This document shows, piece by piece, positions 54,273-63,323 of a stretch of DNA of 64,000 bases. The notes beneath the pieces were generated by a model that did not search any database, had not been told where the DNA came from, and was given only the letters and a program-made list of their open reading frames with translations. Numbering within the stretch: position 1 is the first letter of the stretch; every line of letters starts with the position of its first letter. The stretch comes from Anaerolineales bacterium (GTDB lineage Bacteria > Chloroflexota > Anaerolineae > Anaerolineales > E44-bin32), in contig DAOULU010000038.1 of the NCBI GenBank assembly GCA_034417075.1, positions 15,766 through 79,765 of the forward strand, in the 5' to 3' direction. The position numbers and the translations under genes are program-made.

Positions 54273-55553
54273 CTATGAACCCCAGCCTCTAGATAAAACA
54301 GCTCCCTCATCCCGGATTTCTTTAAGACGATATAAACCGCGTATGATCGCTGGAGCAGCAACGAAGATAATCACCATTCCTTGAATGATACGAATGATTT
54401 CAACCGGAACACCCGCCATGGACTGCATCCGCGCTGCGCCACCGCGAAGAAATCCGAAAAGCAGCGAGGCGAGAACAACTCCTACGGGATGGCTGTTTCC
54501 CAACAGGGCTAACGCGATGGCATCGAAGCCGTATCCCGTCGAGAAAGCACGTACCATGCGGTGATCAACCCCTAAAACCTGATTGGCACCAGCCAAACCT
54601 GCCAGCGCCCCACTTAAGCCCATTGCCAAGACAGTGCTTTTTGAAATTTGCACTCCGGCATATTTTGCGGCGCGCGGGTTAGCACCCACCATGCGAATCT
54701 CCAACCCACGTGTTGTCTTCCATAGGAACCAATAAACCAAGAAGGCTGCGCCAATAGCGATGAAGAAACCCCAGTGGAAGCGAACCGGCGCGGGTAATAA
54801 CGTAGGGATGTAAGCGCTTGGTGCAATTTCGGTGGTGATCGGCAGACCGTCCGGCCTTGCCATTGGCCCGGACAAAAGGTGGTCTGTAAGCCGGAAAGCG
54901 ATATAGTTCATCATAATGGTGTTGATGACTTCATGCGCTCCCGTGCGCGCCTTGAGATAGCCCGGTATCGCCCCCCAAAATGCGCCCGCCGCAATTCCAG
55001 CCAGCAAGGCAAGAGGTAGATGGATGTACGCCGGTAAGCCTTTAATGGCGTAACCCACGTATACCGAAGCCAAACCACCGACAAAGAGTTGACCCTCCGC
55101 GCCGATATTGAACAACCCCCCACGAAATCCGAGTGCCACCGCCAGCCCGGCGAATATGTAGGGTGTTGAAATTACCAGGCTTTCACTGATCGGCCGAAGC
55201 GCATCGAGGACGGCTCGGGTTTCGCCAGTGTTCCTCCACACACCGATTGCCTCGACGATCGTCTTGGGATTTCCGAACGAACCTTCGAACAGGGCAACAT
55301 ATGCATCCCGGACGGTTATCCATGTCAACGACAAAGCACCAATTGGATCTTGAAACAGATTTTTCCAGGCGGCAACGACTTCTGTGTTCGAGACAGCGAT
55401 AATGATTGCGCCGATCAGTAACCCGGTAAAGACAGAAAGAAAAGGGACACGTAAAGAAGCAAGTATACCTTTCCTGGATACATCTTCCAGTTGTTCGTCG
55501 GCCTTCACTTCTTCCGTTTGGGAGCTTTTCTGTTCTTCATGCAAGGAACACAC
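54273..55553 (-). CDS. ABC transporter permease (BMP/nucleoside-type, first permease)
   Basis: Polytopic protein adjacent to the double-ATPase gene. Confidence 0.8.
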   Translation of the reverse strand: MCSLHEEQKSSQTEEVKADEQLEDVSRKGILASLRVPFLSVFTGLLIGAIIIAVSNTEVVAAWKNLFQDPIGALSLTWITVRDAYVALFEGSFGNPKTIVEAIGVWRNTGETRAVLDALRPISESLVISTPYIFAGLAVALGFRGGLFNIGAEGQLFVGGLASVYVGYAIKGLPAYIHLPLALLAGIAAGAFWGAIPGYLKARTGAHEVINTIMMNYIAFRLTDHLLSGPMARPDGLPITTEIAPSAYIPTLLPAPVRFHWGFFIAIGAAFLVYWFLWKTTRGLEIRMVGANPRAAKYAGVQISKSTVLAMGLSGALAGLAGANQVLGVDHRMVRAFSTGYGFDAIALALLGNSHPVGVVLASLLFGFLRGGAARMQSMAGVPVEIIRIIQGMVIIFVAAPAIIRGLYRLKEIRDEGAVLSRGWGS

Positions 55554-55586
55554 TCCTTATTTCCTTTTTCGAGACCCCATTCCAGC

Positions 55587-57125
55587 CTATGAATTTCCAG
55601 CTTCCACCGCAGCTTCTTCGTGCAAGCCAGCCATCAGCAGGCCTAATTTCTCCTTGGTTGCTTCCGCTGCATCGAGGATGGCTACGATTTTTCCTTCAAA
55701 CATCACCGCAATACGATCCGACAGATTCATGATCTCATCCAATTCGGGGGACACCAGCAAGACGCCACAACCTTCGTCCCTCTTCTCAAGAATCCGACTA
55801 TGAATGTATTCAATCGAACCCACGTCTAAGCCACGCGTGGGCTGCGAGGCAATGAGCACGGATACTGGCCGCGAAAATTCACGCGCGACGATAACCTTCT
55901 GTTGGTTACCTCCGGAAAGATTAGCGACCGGCACAAAAATACTGGGTGTGCGAATGTCGAACAGCTCCACCCTGGATTCCGCTGCCTGCTCAATCGCATC
56001 TTGCTGTAGATTTATGCCCTTTGCGAAAGGCGGTTCGTAGTACGTATTTAATACAAGGTTATCCTCGACCGGGAAGGAGAGCACCAGGCCATCTTGTTGG
56101 CGGTCTTCCGGGACATGCGCCGTTCCGACCTCCCGTATCTTGCGAGGGTTGCTGTTCGTGGTATCCTGCCCCAGGATCGTTATCTTTCCACCTTCGACGC
56201 TTCGCAATCCGGTCAGGGCTTCGACTAACTCGGTTTGACCGTTCCCCTGCACCCCGGCAACGCCGAGGATCTCCCCCTGGCGCAATTGAAACGATACACC
56301 ATCGACAGCCTCCAAATTGCGGTCGTCCCTTACGCAAAGGTTTTCGACATCGAGCACCACATCCCCTGCCTCTTGCGGCTTGCGATCTGCGGCCATGATG
56401 ACTTCTCGTCCGACCATCATTTTCGCCAACGATGCTTCCGAAGCAGTATCGGGAGTCGCCTCACCGACTACGTGTCCATTCCGTAGTACAGTGATCCGGT
56501 CGGCGATCGCCATGACCTCTTTCAACTTATGTGTGATAAAGATGACCGACTTGCCCCGATCAACGAGCGAGCGAATCACCTTAAAGAGTTCATCAACCTC
56601 CTGTGGTGTAAGTACCGCAGTCGGTTCGTCGAGGATGAGAATATCTGCTTCGCGATACAGGACTTTGATGATTTCGACACGCTGTTGCACACCCACCGAC
56701 AGATCTTCGACCAAGGAATCGGGATCGATCTGCAAGCCGTAATGTGACGAGATTTCGCGAATCCGCTCGGCGGCTCGATCACGATCAAGAAAGATCCCAT
56801 ATCGAGTCGACTCGATGCCCAACATGACATTTTCCGTCACCGTAAAAACAGGCACCAACATGAAGTGTTGATGCACCATTCCAATCCTGTATGCAATTGC
56901 ATCCTCTGGACCCGTGATCTCCACTCTCTTACCACGTATATAGATATCCCCTTCATCGGGAGTGTATAGACCGTAGAGGATATTCATCAACGTAGTTTTC
57001 CCGGCGCCATTCTCCCCCAAAAGCGCCATGATTTCTCCTTCTTGGAGAGTCAAATCGATCTTGTCGTTTGCGATTACACCGGGAAACGTCTTTGTGATGT
57101 TTCGTAATTCCAACACCGGGGTCAT
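55587..57125 (-). CDS. ABC transporter ATP-binding protein with duplicated ATPase domains (sugar/nucleoside type)
   Basis: GENGAGKTT Walker A, an LSVGVQQRVEI signature and ILILDEPT, followed by a degenerate second domain with LSGGNQQKV. Confidence 0.9.
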   Translation of the reverse strand: MTPVLELRNITKTFPGVIANDKIDLTLQEGEIMALLGENGAGKTTLMNILYGLYTPDEGDIYIRGKRVEITGPEDAIAYRIGMVHQHFMLVPVFTVTENVMLGIESTRYGIFLDRDRAAERIREISSHYGLQIDPDSLVEDLSVGVQQRVEIIKVLYREADILILDEPTAVLTPQEVDELFKVIRSLVDRGKSVIFITHKLKEVMAIADRITVLRNGHVVGEATPDTASEASLAKMMVGREVIMAADRKPQEAGDVVLDVENLCVRDDRNLEAVDGVSFQLRQGEILGVAGVQGNGQTELVEALTGLRSVEGGKITILGQDTTNSNPRKIREVGTAHVPEDRQQDGLVLSFPVEDNLVLNTYYEPPFAKGINLQQDAIEQAAESRVELFDIRTPSIFVPVANLSGGNQQKVIVAREFSRPVSVLIASQPTRGLDVGSIEYIHSRILEKRDEGCGVLLVSPELDEIMNLSDRIAVMFEGKIVAILDAAEATKEKLGLLMAGLHEEAAVEAGNS

Positions 57126-57273
57126 AGGTATGTTCCTTTACGATTGATTTCTGAACATAACCGGCAAATTGAAATGAGAAGAATACAGATAAAGTTTACA
57201 ACAGGCGGTGCCGTTGTACAATCGGCACCGCCTGTTTAAATTCTCTGCTACTGCTTACCTCACAGAGAGATTA

Positions 57274-58473
57274 CTAGTACAAGCCACCGGGGCAGTAGTC
57301 CGGGAAGGAAATACAACCCGTGTCGCTGATCTCACCCGAGACGATCTTCGCCGCGAGGTCTTCAACTTCCGCCTTGAGATCATCTGGCACTGCACTGTCG
57401 AGATCGTGGTATGGGCTAAGACCCACACCTCCGTTTGCCAGATCACCAACGTAGACACCGCAGCCGTTGAAGTTGCCGTCCATCGTGTCCTTGATAACGG
57501 TGAAGACGGAGGTGTCCATGTTCTTCATCACGCTGGTCAGGAGTACATCACGCGCCTCGGGAAACAGATTGTATCCATCCACGTCGACCCAAATTCCGTA
57601 GCCGCCTCGTTCGCGTGCCACGTCGAAACCGGGTGATCCGATTAAGCCACCGACCCCCATGAAAATGTCAGCGCCTTCATCGAAGAGGGATTCAGTGGAT
57701 TCCTTCCCCTTGGTGAGGTCAACGAAATCACCGGTGAATAAACCCTCACCCGTTGCGTTATCCCAACCAATGAGTTCAACACTCGTACCGTGAACTTCAT
57801 TGTAATATTCCATGCCAGCCTGGAAGCCGACACCAAATATTGTGACCGTGGGAATCTTTGATCCGCCAAAGTAGCCCAGTTTGCCGGTTTCGGTCATACC
57901 GGCTGCGAGGTAACCTGCCAAGAACGCCGCCTGGTCTGTCTTGAAGACCTGACCCTCAACGTTAGGAATGCACTCGCTGTGCCCAACCACGCCCTCGGGG
58001 ACACCGAATGGATCAGGGTAGGCATAGTCAACGATGGTGTAGCTCACATCGGGATAGAGTGCAGCGACCTTGGCAAGATCGCCACCCAAGAAGAACCCTG
58101 AAGCAATAACAAGATCATAACCCTGGCTGGCGAATTCCGTCAGGTTGGGCTCATATTGCGTTGCTTCGTCGGATTGAATGAACTGGGCCTCGACACCCAA
58201 CTCATCTACCGCGCGTTGAACGCCATTCCACTGTGTTGTGTTGAAGCTCTTGTCATCGATGCCGCCCGTGTCGGTGACAAACCCAACGCGGAAGGGTTCC
58301 ATTGGCGCTTCGGGTTCCGTGGGTTCCTCCGGCTCTTCAACCATTTCCGGTTCTTCGGTTGGAGTTGGTGGAACCATTTCCTCAGTAGGAGTAGCTGTTT
58401 TCGTGGCGCATGCACTCAGAATCATCGACGTAAAAATCAGAAAGGTCAATACTGCGTATAGCTTCTTTCGCAT
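57274..58473 (-). CDS. BMP-family (PnrA/Med-like) ABC substrate-binding lipoprotein, probable nucleoside binding
   Basis: Lipobox LSAC, an acidic Pro/Glu linker and a BMP pattern (FRVGFVTDTGGIDDKSFN ... GFFLG ... GVGGL). A GGAGGAG Shine-Dalgarno lies upstream. Confidence 0.8.
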   Translation of the reverse strand: MRKKLYAVLTFLIFTSMILSACATKTATPTEEMVPPTPTEEPEMVEEPEEPTEPEAPMEPFRVGFVTDTGGIDDKSFNTTQWNGVQRAVDELGVEAQFIQSDEATQYEPNLTEFASQGYDLVIASGFFLGGDLAKVAALYPDVSYTIVDYAYPDPFGVPEGVVGHSECIPNVEGQVFKTDQAAFLAGYLAAGMTETGKLGYFGGSKIPTVTIFGVGFQAGMEYYNEVHGTSVELIGWDNATGEGLFTGDFVDLTKGKESTESLFDEGADIFMGVGGLIGSPGFDVARERGGYGIWVDVDGYNLFPEARDVLLTSVMKNMDTSVFTVIKDTMDGNFNGCGVYVGDLANGGVGLSPYHDLDSAVPDDLKAEVEDLAAKIVSGEISDTGCISFPDYCPGGLY

Positions 58474-58607
58474 CTCTCTCCTCCAAATTATTTTGGATTG
58501 ACTGTTATTGGGGCGAATACGGGGTCTGATTCGTGTTCCAGGTTCACTCCTTTCTCCGTGGTTTGGAAATCCAATTCACTCGTCGGGAGTCTCCTAATTT
58601 CAATCAC
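58474..58607 (-). promoter_or_regulatory. About 134-nt 5' leader of the ABC operon with an SD-overlapping hairpin and an alternative upstream pairing partner
   Basis: On the minus strand, UCCAAA-AUAA-UUUGGA (58497-58482) overlaps the GGA of the GGAGGAG Shine-Dalgarno. An upstream UUGGAUU (within 58563-58574) is complementary to AAUCCAA. Confidence 0.35.
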
Positions 58608-58613
58608 AATACC

Positions 58614-58642
58614 ATAATATCACGGGACGAATTGTATGACAA
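58614..58642 (-). promoter_or_regulatory. Strong sigma70-type promoter TTGTCA-17 nt-(TG)ATATTAT for the BMP ABC operon
   Basis: Read on the minus strand: TTGTCA (58642-58637), a 17-nt spacer ending in TGA, then TATTAT (58619-58614). Confidence 0.6.
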
Positions 58643-58712
58643 TTGTTCCGAGAAATTTTAAGTTAAACTCAATGACTCAAATTAAATACTTTGTGAGGGA
58701 CGTTACTGACGT

Positions 58713-60989
58713 TTACTCTTCAGCAGCCGCCATGCCGCCGTAGTTTAGCACTTCGCGCGCCTTCGATCCGCTTTTAGCCGGTCCGATAATGCCCCGTTCT
58801 TCGAGGTGATCGACGATCCGGGCCGCTCGAGTGTAGCCGATGCGTAGGCGCCGCTGCAGCAAAGAAATCGAAGCGCGACGCATTTCACGCACGATTGCTA
58901 CAGCTTCATCATACAAGGGATCGAATTCCTCGTCCGGCGCTTCTTCCTCGTCCCACATAGGCACTTGTCTTAGCGGTACGCCGGAAGGGATGGCCTCGAT
59001 CGGACCGATGTGCGAAGGTTGTGTCACATCCCCGCCAAGCGCGGCGTTTTTCCAGAAGCGGATTAGCCGCGACAGCTCGGTCTCGGAGACAAAGGCACCC
59101 TGCATCCGAATTGGCGCGGCGGCATCCGGTGCCTGGAACAGCATGTCCCCTCGACCGAGTAATCTCTCGGCTCCAGGTTGATCGAGAATCACGCGGCTGT
59201 CGACCGAAGATGCCACGGCGAACGCGATTCGAGAAGGAAAATTCGCTTTGATCAATCCGGTCACCACATCGACCGAAGGACGCTGTGTTGCAATCACCAG
59301 ATGAATCCCTGTGGCACGTGCCAATTGCGCCAGGCGTGTGATGACGCGCTCGGTTTCATCAGGAGCCATGATCATCAAATCCGCCAATTCGTCAATCACG
59401 ACAACCAGGTAGGGCAGTTCCTTCCCTTGAACGTCTCGCATTCGTCGATTGTAATCATCGATATTTCGCATGCCTTCTTTGGAAAACCGTTGATAGCGCG
59501 AATCCATTTCACGCGAAATCCACTGCAACGCTGGGACCACACGCTCCAGGTCGACGATCACGGGGGCGAGGAGGTGAGGAATCCCGTTGTAGTAGGTCAA
59601 TTCGACGCGTTTCGGATCGACCATCAAGAATCGCAGTTGATCCGGCGTGTTCTGTAATAGAAGCGAAGTGATGATGGCATTGACACACACCGACTTGCCG
59701 GACCCCGTCGTTCCGGCGATGAGCAGATGCGGCATTCTGGTTAAATCGGCCACAACGGGATGCCCGGAAACATCCTTGCCCAGCCCCAGCCGCAAGCGTG
59801 AGTTGATCTTTCGATATTGATTCGATTCCATTAGATCTCGCAGCGCCACGAGCGTGACTTCCGTGTTGGGCACTTCGATCCCGATGTAGCCTTTGCCCGG
59901 AACGGGCGCCTCGACACGGATGGAAGGCGCTGCCAGCGCCAGCGCGAGATCGTCTGCCAGCGCTGAAATTTTGCTCACCTTCACCTTGGTCCGCCGCCCG
60001 CCTCGCCCTTCGATGAAGTCCGGCTCCACTCCGAACTGCGTAATCGTGGGTCCCCGATTGATCTCCACCACACGAGCAGGCGCACCGAATGCCTGAAGTG
60101 TCTCTTCGATCAATTTACCTCGTTCGCGATCGAAAGCCTCATCGGCTTTCCCCACCGTACCGAGGTCGAGAATCTCGGTCAATGCGGGCAAGGACCACGC
60201 TTTGTCGGACGACGTTTCATCCTGTTGGAATTCTTCCTGCGCAGAGGGCTGCGGCCTAGGCGCTTCGCGCTGCACACTGACTCTCTCGGTGGTGGCCGCG
60301 GGCGCTTTGTCAACAACAGGCGGCGTGTAAACCGGCTGCGATGGCCTGGAAACCTTTTCCCGGACGAAGTCCGTCACCCATCGCACGCCTTTCACGAGCA
60401 ACGACCACAACTCCGGAATCGAAAGCCCCGCAGCAAGGATCATCCCGATCAGAAACCACGCCAGTAGGACCACGGCGGTACCGGCGCTACCCAGCGCACC
60501 GATCAAAATTGCCAGGAAAACGGCGCCAATTGCTCCCCCGCCCCGACCCAAACGTGCTTCTGCCATACCCGTGTCAAAATCGGTAACACCCAACACGGCG
60601 TGTAAAAAAGTCAGGACCCCCATGAAGAGCAGTACGACTCCAATCACGCGCTCCAATTCCAAGACCGGAAGCTGTCTCCCGAACGTGCGCGCCATGAGCC
60701 ATAAACCGCAACTAAAACCGGCAAACAGAGCCAGATACATCCCCCAGCCGAACGTCCAACGCAACACGTCGAGCCAGGCCGTAATAACGACACCCTGGCT
60801 ACTGGAAAAGAGGGCGATGCCCGTAATCACGCTCAGAACGAGCAGCAGCAATCCGAGCAAATCGAGCTTGCGGTCCCTGGAAAGGCTCCAACCGCTCAAC
60901 AGTGAGCCGCGCGGAGAACTGCGCTTGGAAGCGCTTTTGCTCCTGGATTTTCGTTTTCGCCGGGAGGATGTTTGTCTCTTTTTGGCCAC
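58713..60989 (-). CDS. ftsK: DNA translocase FtsK/SpoIIIE
   Basis: N-terminal TM helices, Walker A (GTTGSGKSV), Walker B (VVVIDELADL) and a gamma winged helix (SISLLQRRLRIGYTRAARIVDHLEERGIIGP). The start is uncertain. I prefer GTG 60989, 19 nt downstream of TGCTATAAT; the track start at 61148 would lie upstream of that promoter and overlap the divergent gene. Confidence 0.85.
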   Translation of the reverse strand: MAKKRQTSSRRKRKSRSKSASKRSSPRGSLLSGWSLSRDRKLDLLGLLLLVLSVITGIALFSSSQGVVITAWLDVLRWTFGWGMYLALFAGFSCGLWLMARTFGRQLPVLELERVIGVVLLFMGVLTFLHAVLGVTDFDTGMAEARLGRGGGAIGAVFLAILIGALGSAGTAVVLLAWFLIGMILAAGLSIPELWSLLVKGVRWVTDFVREKVSRPSQPVYTPPVVDKAPAATTERVSVQREAPRPQPSAQEEFQQDETSSDKAWSLPALTEILDLGTVGKADEAFDRERGKLIEETLQAFGAPARVVEINRGPTITQFGVEPDFIEGRGGRRTKVKVSKISALADDLALALAAPSIRVEAPVPGKGYIGIEVPNTEVTLVALRDLMESNQYRKINSRLRLGLGKDVSGHPVVADLTRMPHLLIAGTTGSGKSVCVNAIITSLLLQNTPDQLRFLMVDPKRVELTYYNGIPHLLAPVIVDLERVVPALQWISREMDSRYQRFSKEGMRNIDDYNRRMRDVQGKELPYLVVVIDELADLMIMAPDETERVITRLAQLARATGIHLVIATQRPSVDVVTGLIKANFPSRIAFAVASSVDSRVILDQPGAERLLGRGDMLFQAPDAAAPIRMQGAFVSETELSRLIRFWKNAALGGDVTQPSHIGPIEAIPSGVPLRQVPMWDEEEAPDEEFDPLYDEAVAIVREMRRASISLLQRRLRIGYTRAARIVDHLEERGIIGPAKSGSKAREVLNYGGMAAAEE

Positions 60990-61008
60990 TCGGGACTCCG
61001 CAGGTCGG

Positions 61009-61052
61009 ATTATAGCACGGCAGCGGCAACCTTCGCTCGCCCATGCTACAAT
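61009..61052. promoter_or_regulatory. Back-to-back divergent extended -10 boxes: minus TGCTATAAT (61017-61009) and plus TGCTACAAT (61044-61052)
   Basis: The plus-strand box ends 7 nt before ATG 61060, making that gene a leaderless candidate. The minus-strand box lies 19 nt upstream of GTG 60989. Confidence 0.45.
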
Positions 61053-61059
61053 TGCAGCC

Positions 61060-62727
61060 ATGAGGTTTTCATCCGCGTTCGACCTACTGACAAGCACACA
61101 CTTTTTACGTAAGGAGCCGGAAGACGACTTGCGCGTCCTTGCCGCCACGCTGAAAGGCGAAACCTACGAAGCGGGGGCGGTTATCATCCATCAAGGCTCC
61201 CGGCCGAAGGCGATGTATTTCATTGCGCAGGGCGAGGTCGAGGTCGTCCGCAAGCATCCTGAATCAGGTGAAGACAAACTCGCCACGCTGAAAGCTGGTG
61301 ACACTTTCGGTGAAATCGAGATGATCTACACCCAGACTCGATTCGCGACGATACGAACCACGCAACCCACAACCGTCTACCGCTGGGAGCGGTTGGCGAT
61401 GACGGATTTTATGAAGCAGCATCCCGAAGCACTGGCGAGTCTGCGATTCGCCGTACAAAGCCGCCGGCTGGCCCGGAAGATACGCTTCGACTGGCTGGTC
61501 GATGATGAAGTGATTTACGGTCTGGCTCGCAAACACAACGTGTTGCTGTTTCAATCCCTTACGCTTCCCATGATCCTGCTGGTTGCGGCCGCAATGCTCA
61601 TTGTCTATGGCCTCGTCCAGGAACAAACGGTGATTTCATGGGCCGGTGCAGTCATGCTTATATCTGGATTCGCCCTCGCCGCCTGGCGATGGATCGACTG
61701 GAGCAACGATTACTACATCGTCACCAACCGCAGGGCGGTCTGGTTGGAAAAAATCGTCGGTATCTACGACAGCCGCGTCGAAGCGCCTCTGCACATGCTG
61801 CTTTCCGTCAGTGTGAGCACAGAAATGGTCGGCCGTATGATGGATTATGGCGACGTGGTGATCCGCACGTATACGGGCAAAGTCGTTTTCCGCAACGTGG
61901 AGAATCCCACTGCCATGGCTGCGATCATCGAAGAGCATTGGCAACGTTTGCGCGCCCAGCAGGAACAGACCGATCGCGAGAGTCTGCGGGAAGCCGTTCG
62001 CCAGCGGCTCACTCCGGAATCCGAGGCGGAAGAACAATCGACAGACGAAGTCGAAACAGCGCCCACACGGGAACAATCCGATAGCAGACCCGGTCTCTTC
62101 CATTCCTTCTTCAAGGTCCGCTACGAGGAACAAGACGTGATTACGTATCGCAAACACTGGGCCGTTCTACTGCGAGAGATCGCTGCGCCTTCCCTTTCCA
62201 TCCTGCTCGCGGTCGTTCTGCTCGTCGCCGGATTGTCCGGTTGGATCACTTTTTTGTCGACTGCAACACTCATTCCACTTTCAATCTTTCTGCTCATCAC
62301 ACTGGTCGTATGGTGGTTGTATCGATACGTGGATTGGTCCAACGACATCTACCAGATTACCCCGGAGCAGATCGTCGACATCTATAAGAAGCCATTGTCC
62401 CGAGAAGTACGAAAAGTGGCGCCGTTGGAAAACGTGCTCAGTACAGAGGTCGATCGTAAGGGCGTCCTCGGTTATTTCCTGAACTACGGTGACGTGGTAA
62501 CCAACATCGGTACCGCTATGTTCGTCTTCGAAGGCGTGTTCGATCCCGTGGGTGTGCAGCAGGACATCGTTCACGCTCAGGAGGCTTTGATCCAGAGACA
62601 ACACGAGACGGAGCGCAAGCAGCGCCAAGACGAGATGGTAGAATTACTAGATATCTATCACGACGAGTATTCCAACGTAAATAATCTACCGGAATCCGAA
62701 GAAGATCAAAACCATGGCTATCCGTGA
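61060..62727 (+). CDS. Cyclic-nucleotide-binding domain fused to a YdbT-like membrane protein with bPH (PH-like, DUF304) domains
   Basis: cNMP fold (GAVIIHQGSRPKAMYFIAQGEVEV ... GDTFGEIEMI ... RFATIRT), TM hairpins and NDYYIVTNRRAVWLEK ... DYGDVVI type bPH repeats. I rejected the track start at 60571 because it is antisense to ftsK. Confidence 0.75.
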   Translation: MRFSSAFDLLTSTHFLRKEPEDDLRVLAATLKGETYEAGAVIIHQGSRPKAMYFIAQGEVEVVRKHPESGEDKLATLKAGDTFGEIEMIYTQTRFATIRTTQPTTVYRWERLAMTDFMKQHPEALASLRFAVQSRRLARKIRFDWLVDDEVIYGLARKHNVLLFQSLTLPMILLVAAAMLIVYGLVQEQTVISWAGAVMLISGFALAAWRWIDWSNDYYIVTNRRAVWLEKIVGIYDSRVEAPLHMLLSVSVSTEMVGRMMDYGDVVIRTYTGKVVFRNVENPTAMAAIIEEHWQRLRAQQEQTDRESLREAVRQRLTPESEAEEQSTDEVETAPTREQSDSRPGLFHSFFKVRYEEQDVITYRKHWAVLLREIAAPSLSILLAVVLLVAGLSGWITFLSTATLIPLSIFLLITLVVWWLYRYVDWSNDIYQITPEQIVDIYKKPLSREVRKVAPLENVLSTEVDRKGVLGYFLNYGDVVTNIGTAMFVFEGVFDPVGVQQDIVHAQEALIQRQHETERKQRQDEMVELLDIYHDEYSNVNNLPESEEDQNHGYP

Positions 62728-63238
62728 AATCGTTACCCCACCAAATCCAACGTTGCGCCAGCGCGCCAAGAACATACGTAACATTACACCGGCTATCGAA
62801 AGTCTGATTGGGGACATGATCGAAACCATGCGTGCCGCCAAAGGCGTAGGGTTGGCCGCACCGCAGGTGGACATCGGCCAACGCGTGATCGTCGTCGAGT
62901 ATGGTGAGGGCTCCGAAGATCCCGAAAAGGAAAACAAACCCGCCAAGCTGTACGTCGTCGTAAACCCCGAAATCGTGCGCCATTCGAAGGAAACGATCTT
63001 GGGGAACGAAGCCTGCCTGTCCATCCCCGGATACTACGGTGAAGTCGTGCGCTACGAGAAAGTCACGGTCAAAGGCCTCGACCGGAACGGAAAAACTTTT
63101 CGCTTGAAGCCCAAAGGCTGGCTCGCGCGAATTTTCCAACATGAAATCGATCACATCAACGGCGTTCTCTTCATCGATCGTGCCAACGAAGTCTGGAAAA
63201 TCGAAGAAACCCAGGTTGAAGCTCCCCCGGGCGCGTAG
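62714..63238 (+). CDS. def: Peptide deformylase
   Basis: GVGLAAPQV, EACLSIPG and QHEIDHING motifs. Confidence 0.95.
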   Translation: MAIREIVTPPNPTLRQRAKNIRNITPAIESLIGDMIETMRAAKGVGLAAPQVDIGQRVIVVEYGEGSEDPEKENKPAKLYVVVNPEIVRHSKETILGNEACLSIPGYYGEVVRYEKVTVKGLDRNGKTFRLKPKGWLARIFQHEIDHINGVLFIDRANEVWKIEETQVEAPPGA

Positions 63239-63304
63239 GACATCATTGCCGTAAGTTGATATTCAGATTACGCTTCACGCCAGCTGATCCGCGGCGTTAT
63301 CCTA

Positions 63305-63313
63305 TGCTACAAT
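63305..63313 (+). promoter_or_regulatory. Candidate extended -10 TGCTACAAT 10 nt upstream of the recF ATG
   Basis: The sequence is ccTATGCTACAATccatgcgccgATG, with no Shine-Dalgarno. Confidence 0.45.
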
Positions 63314-63323
63314 CCATGCGCCG

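Noticed and set aside
60571-61059. 5' extension of the 718-aa plus-strand ORF across the ftsK N-terminal region.
   Set aside because: It is antisense to the ftsK membrane domain and translates to Ser/Arg/Pro-rich sequence. The cNMP domain begins right at ATG 61060, which has its own -10 box.
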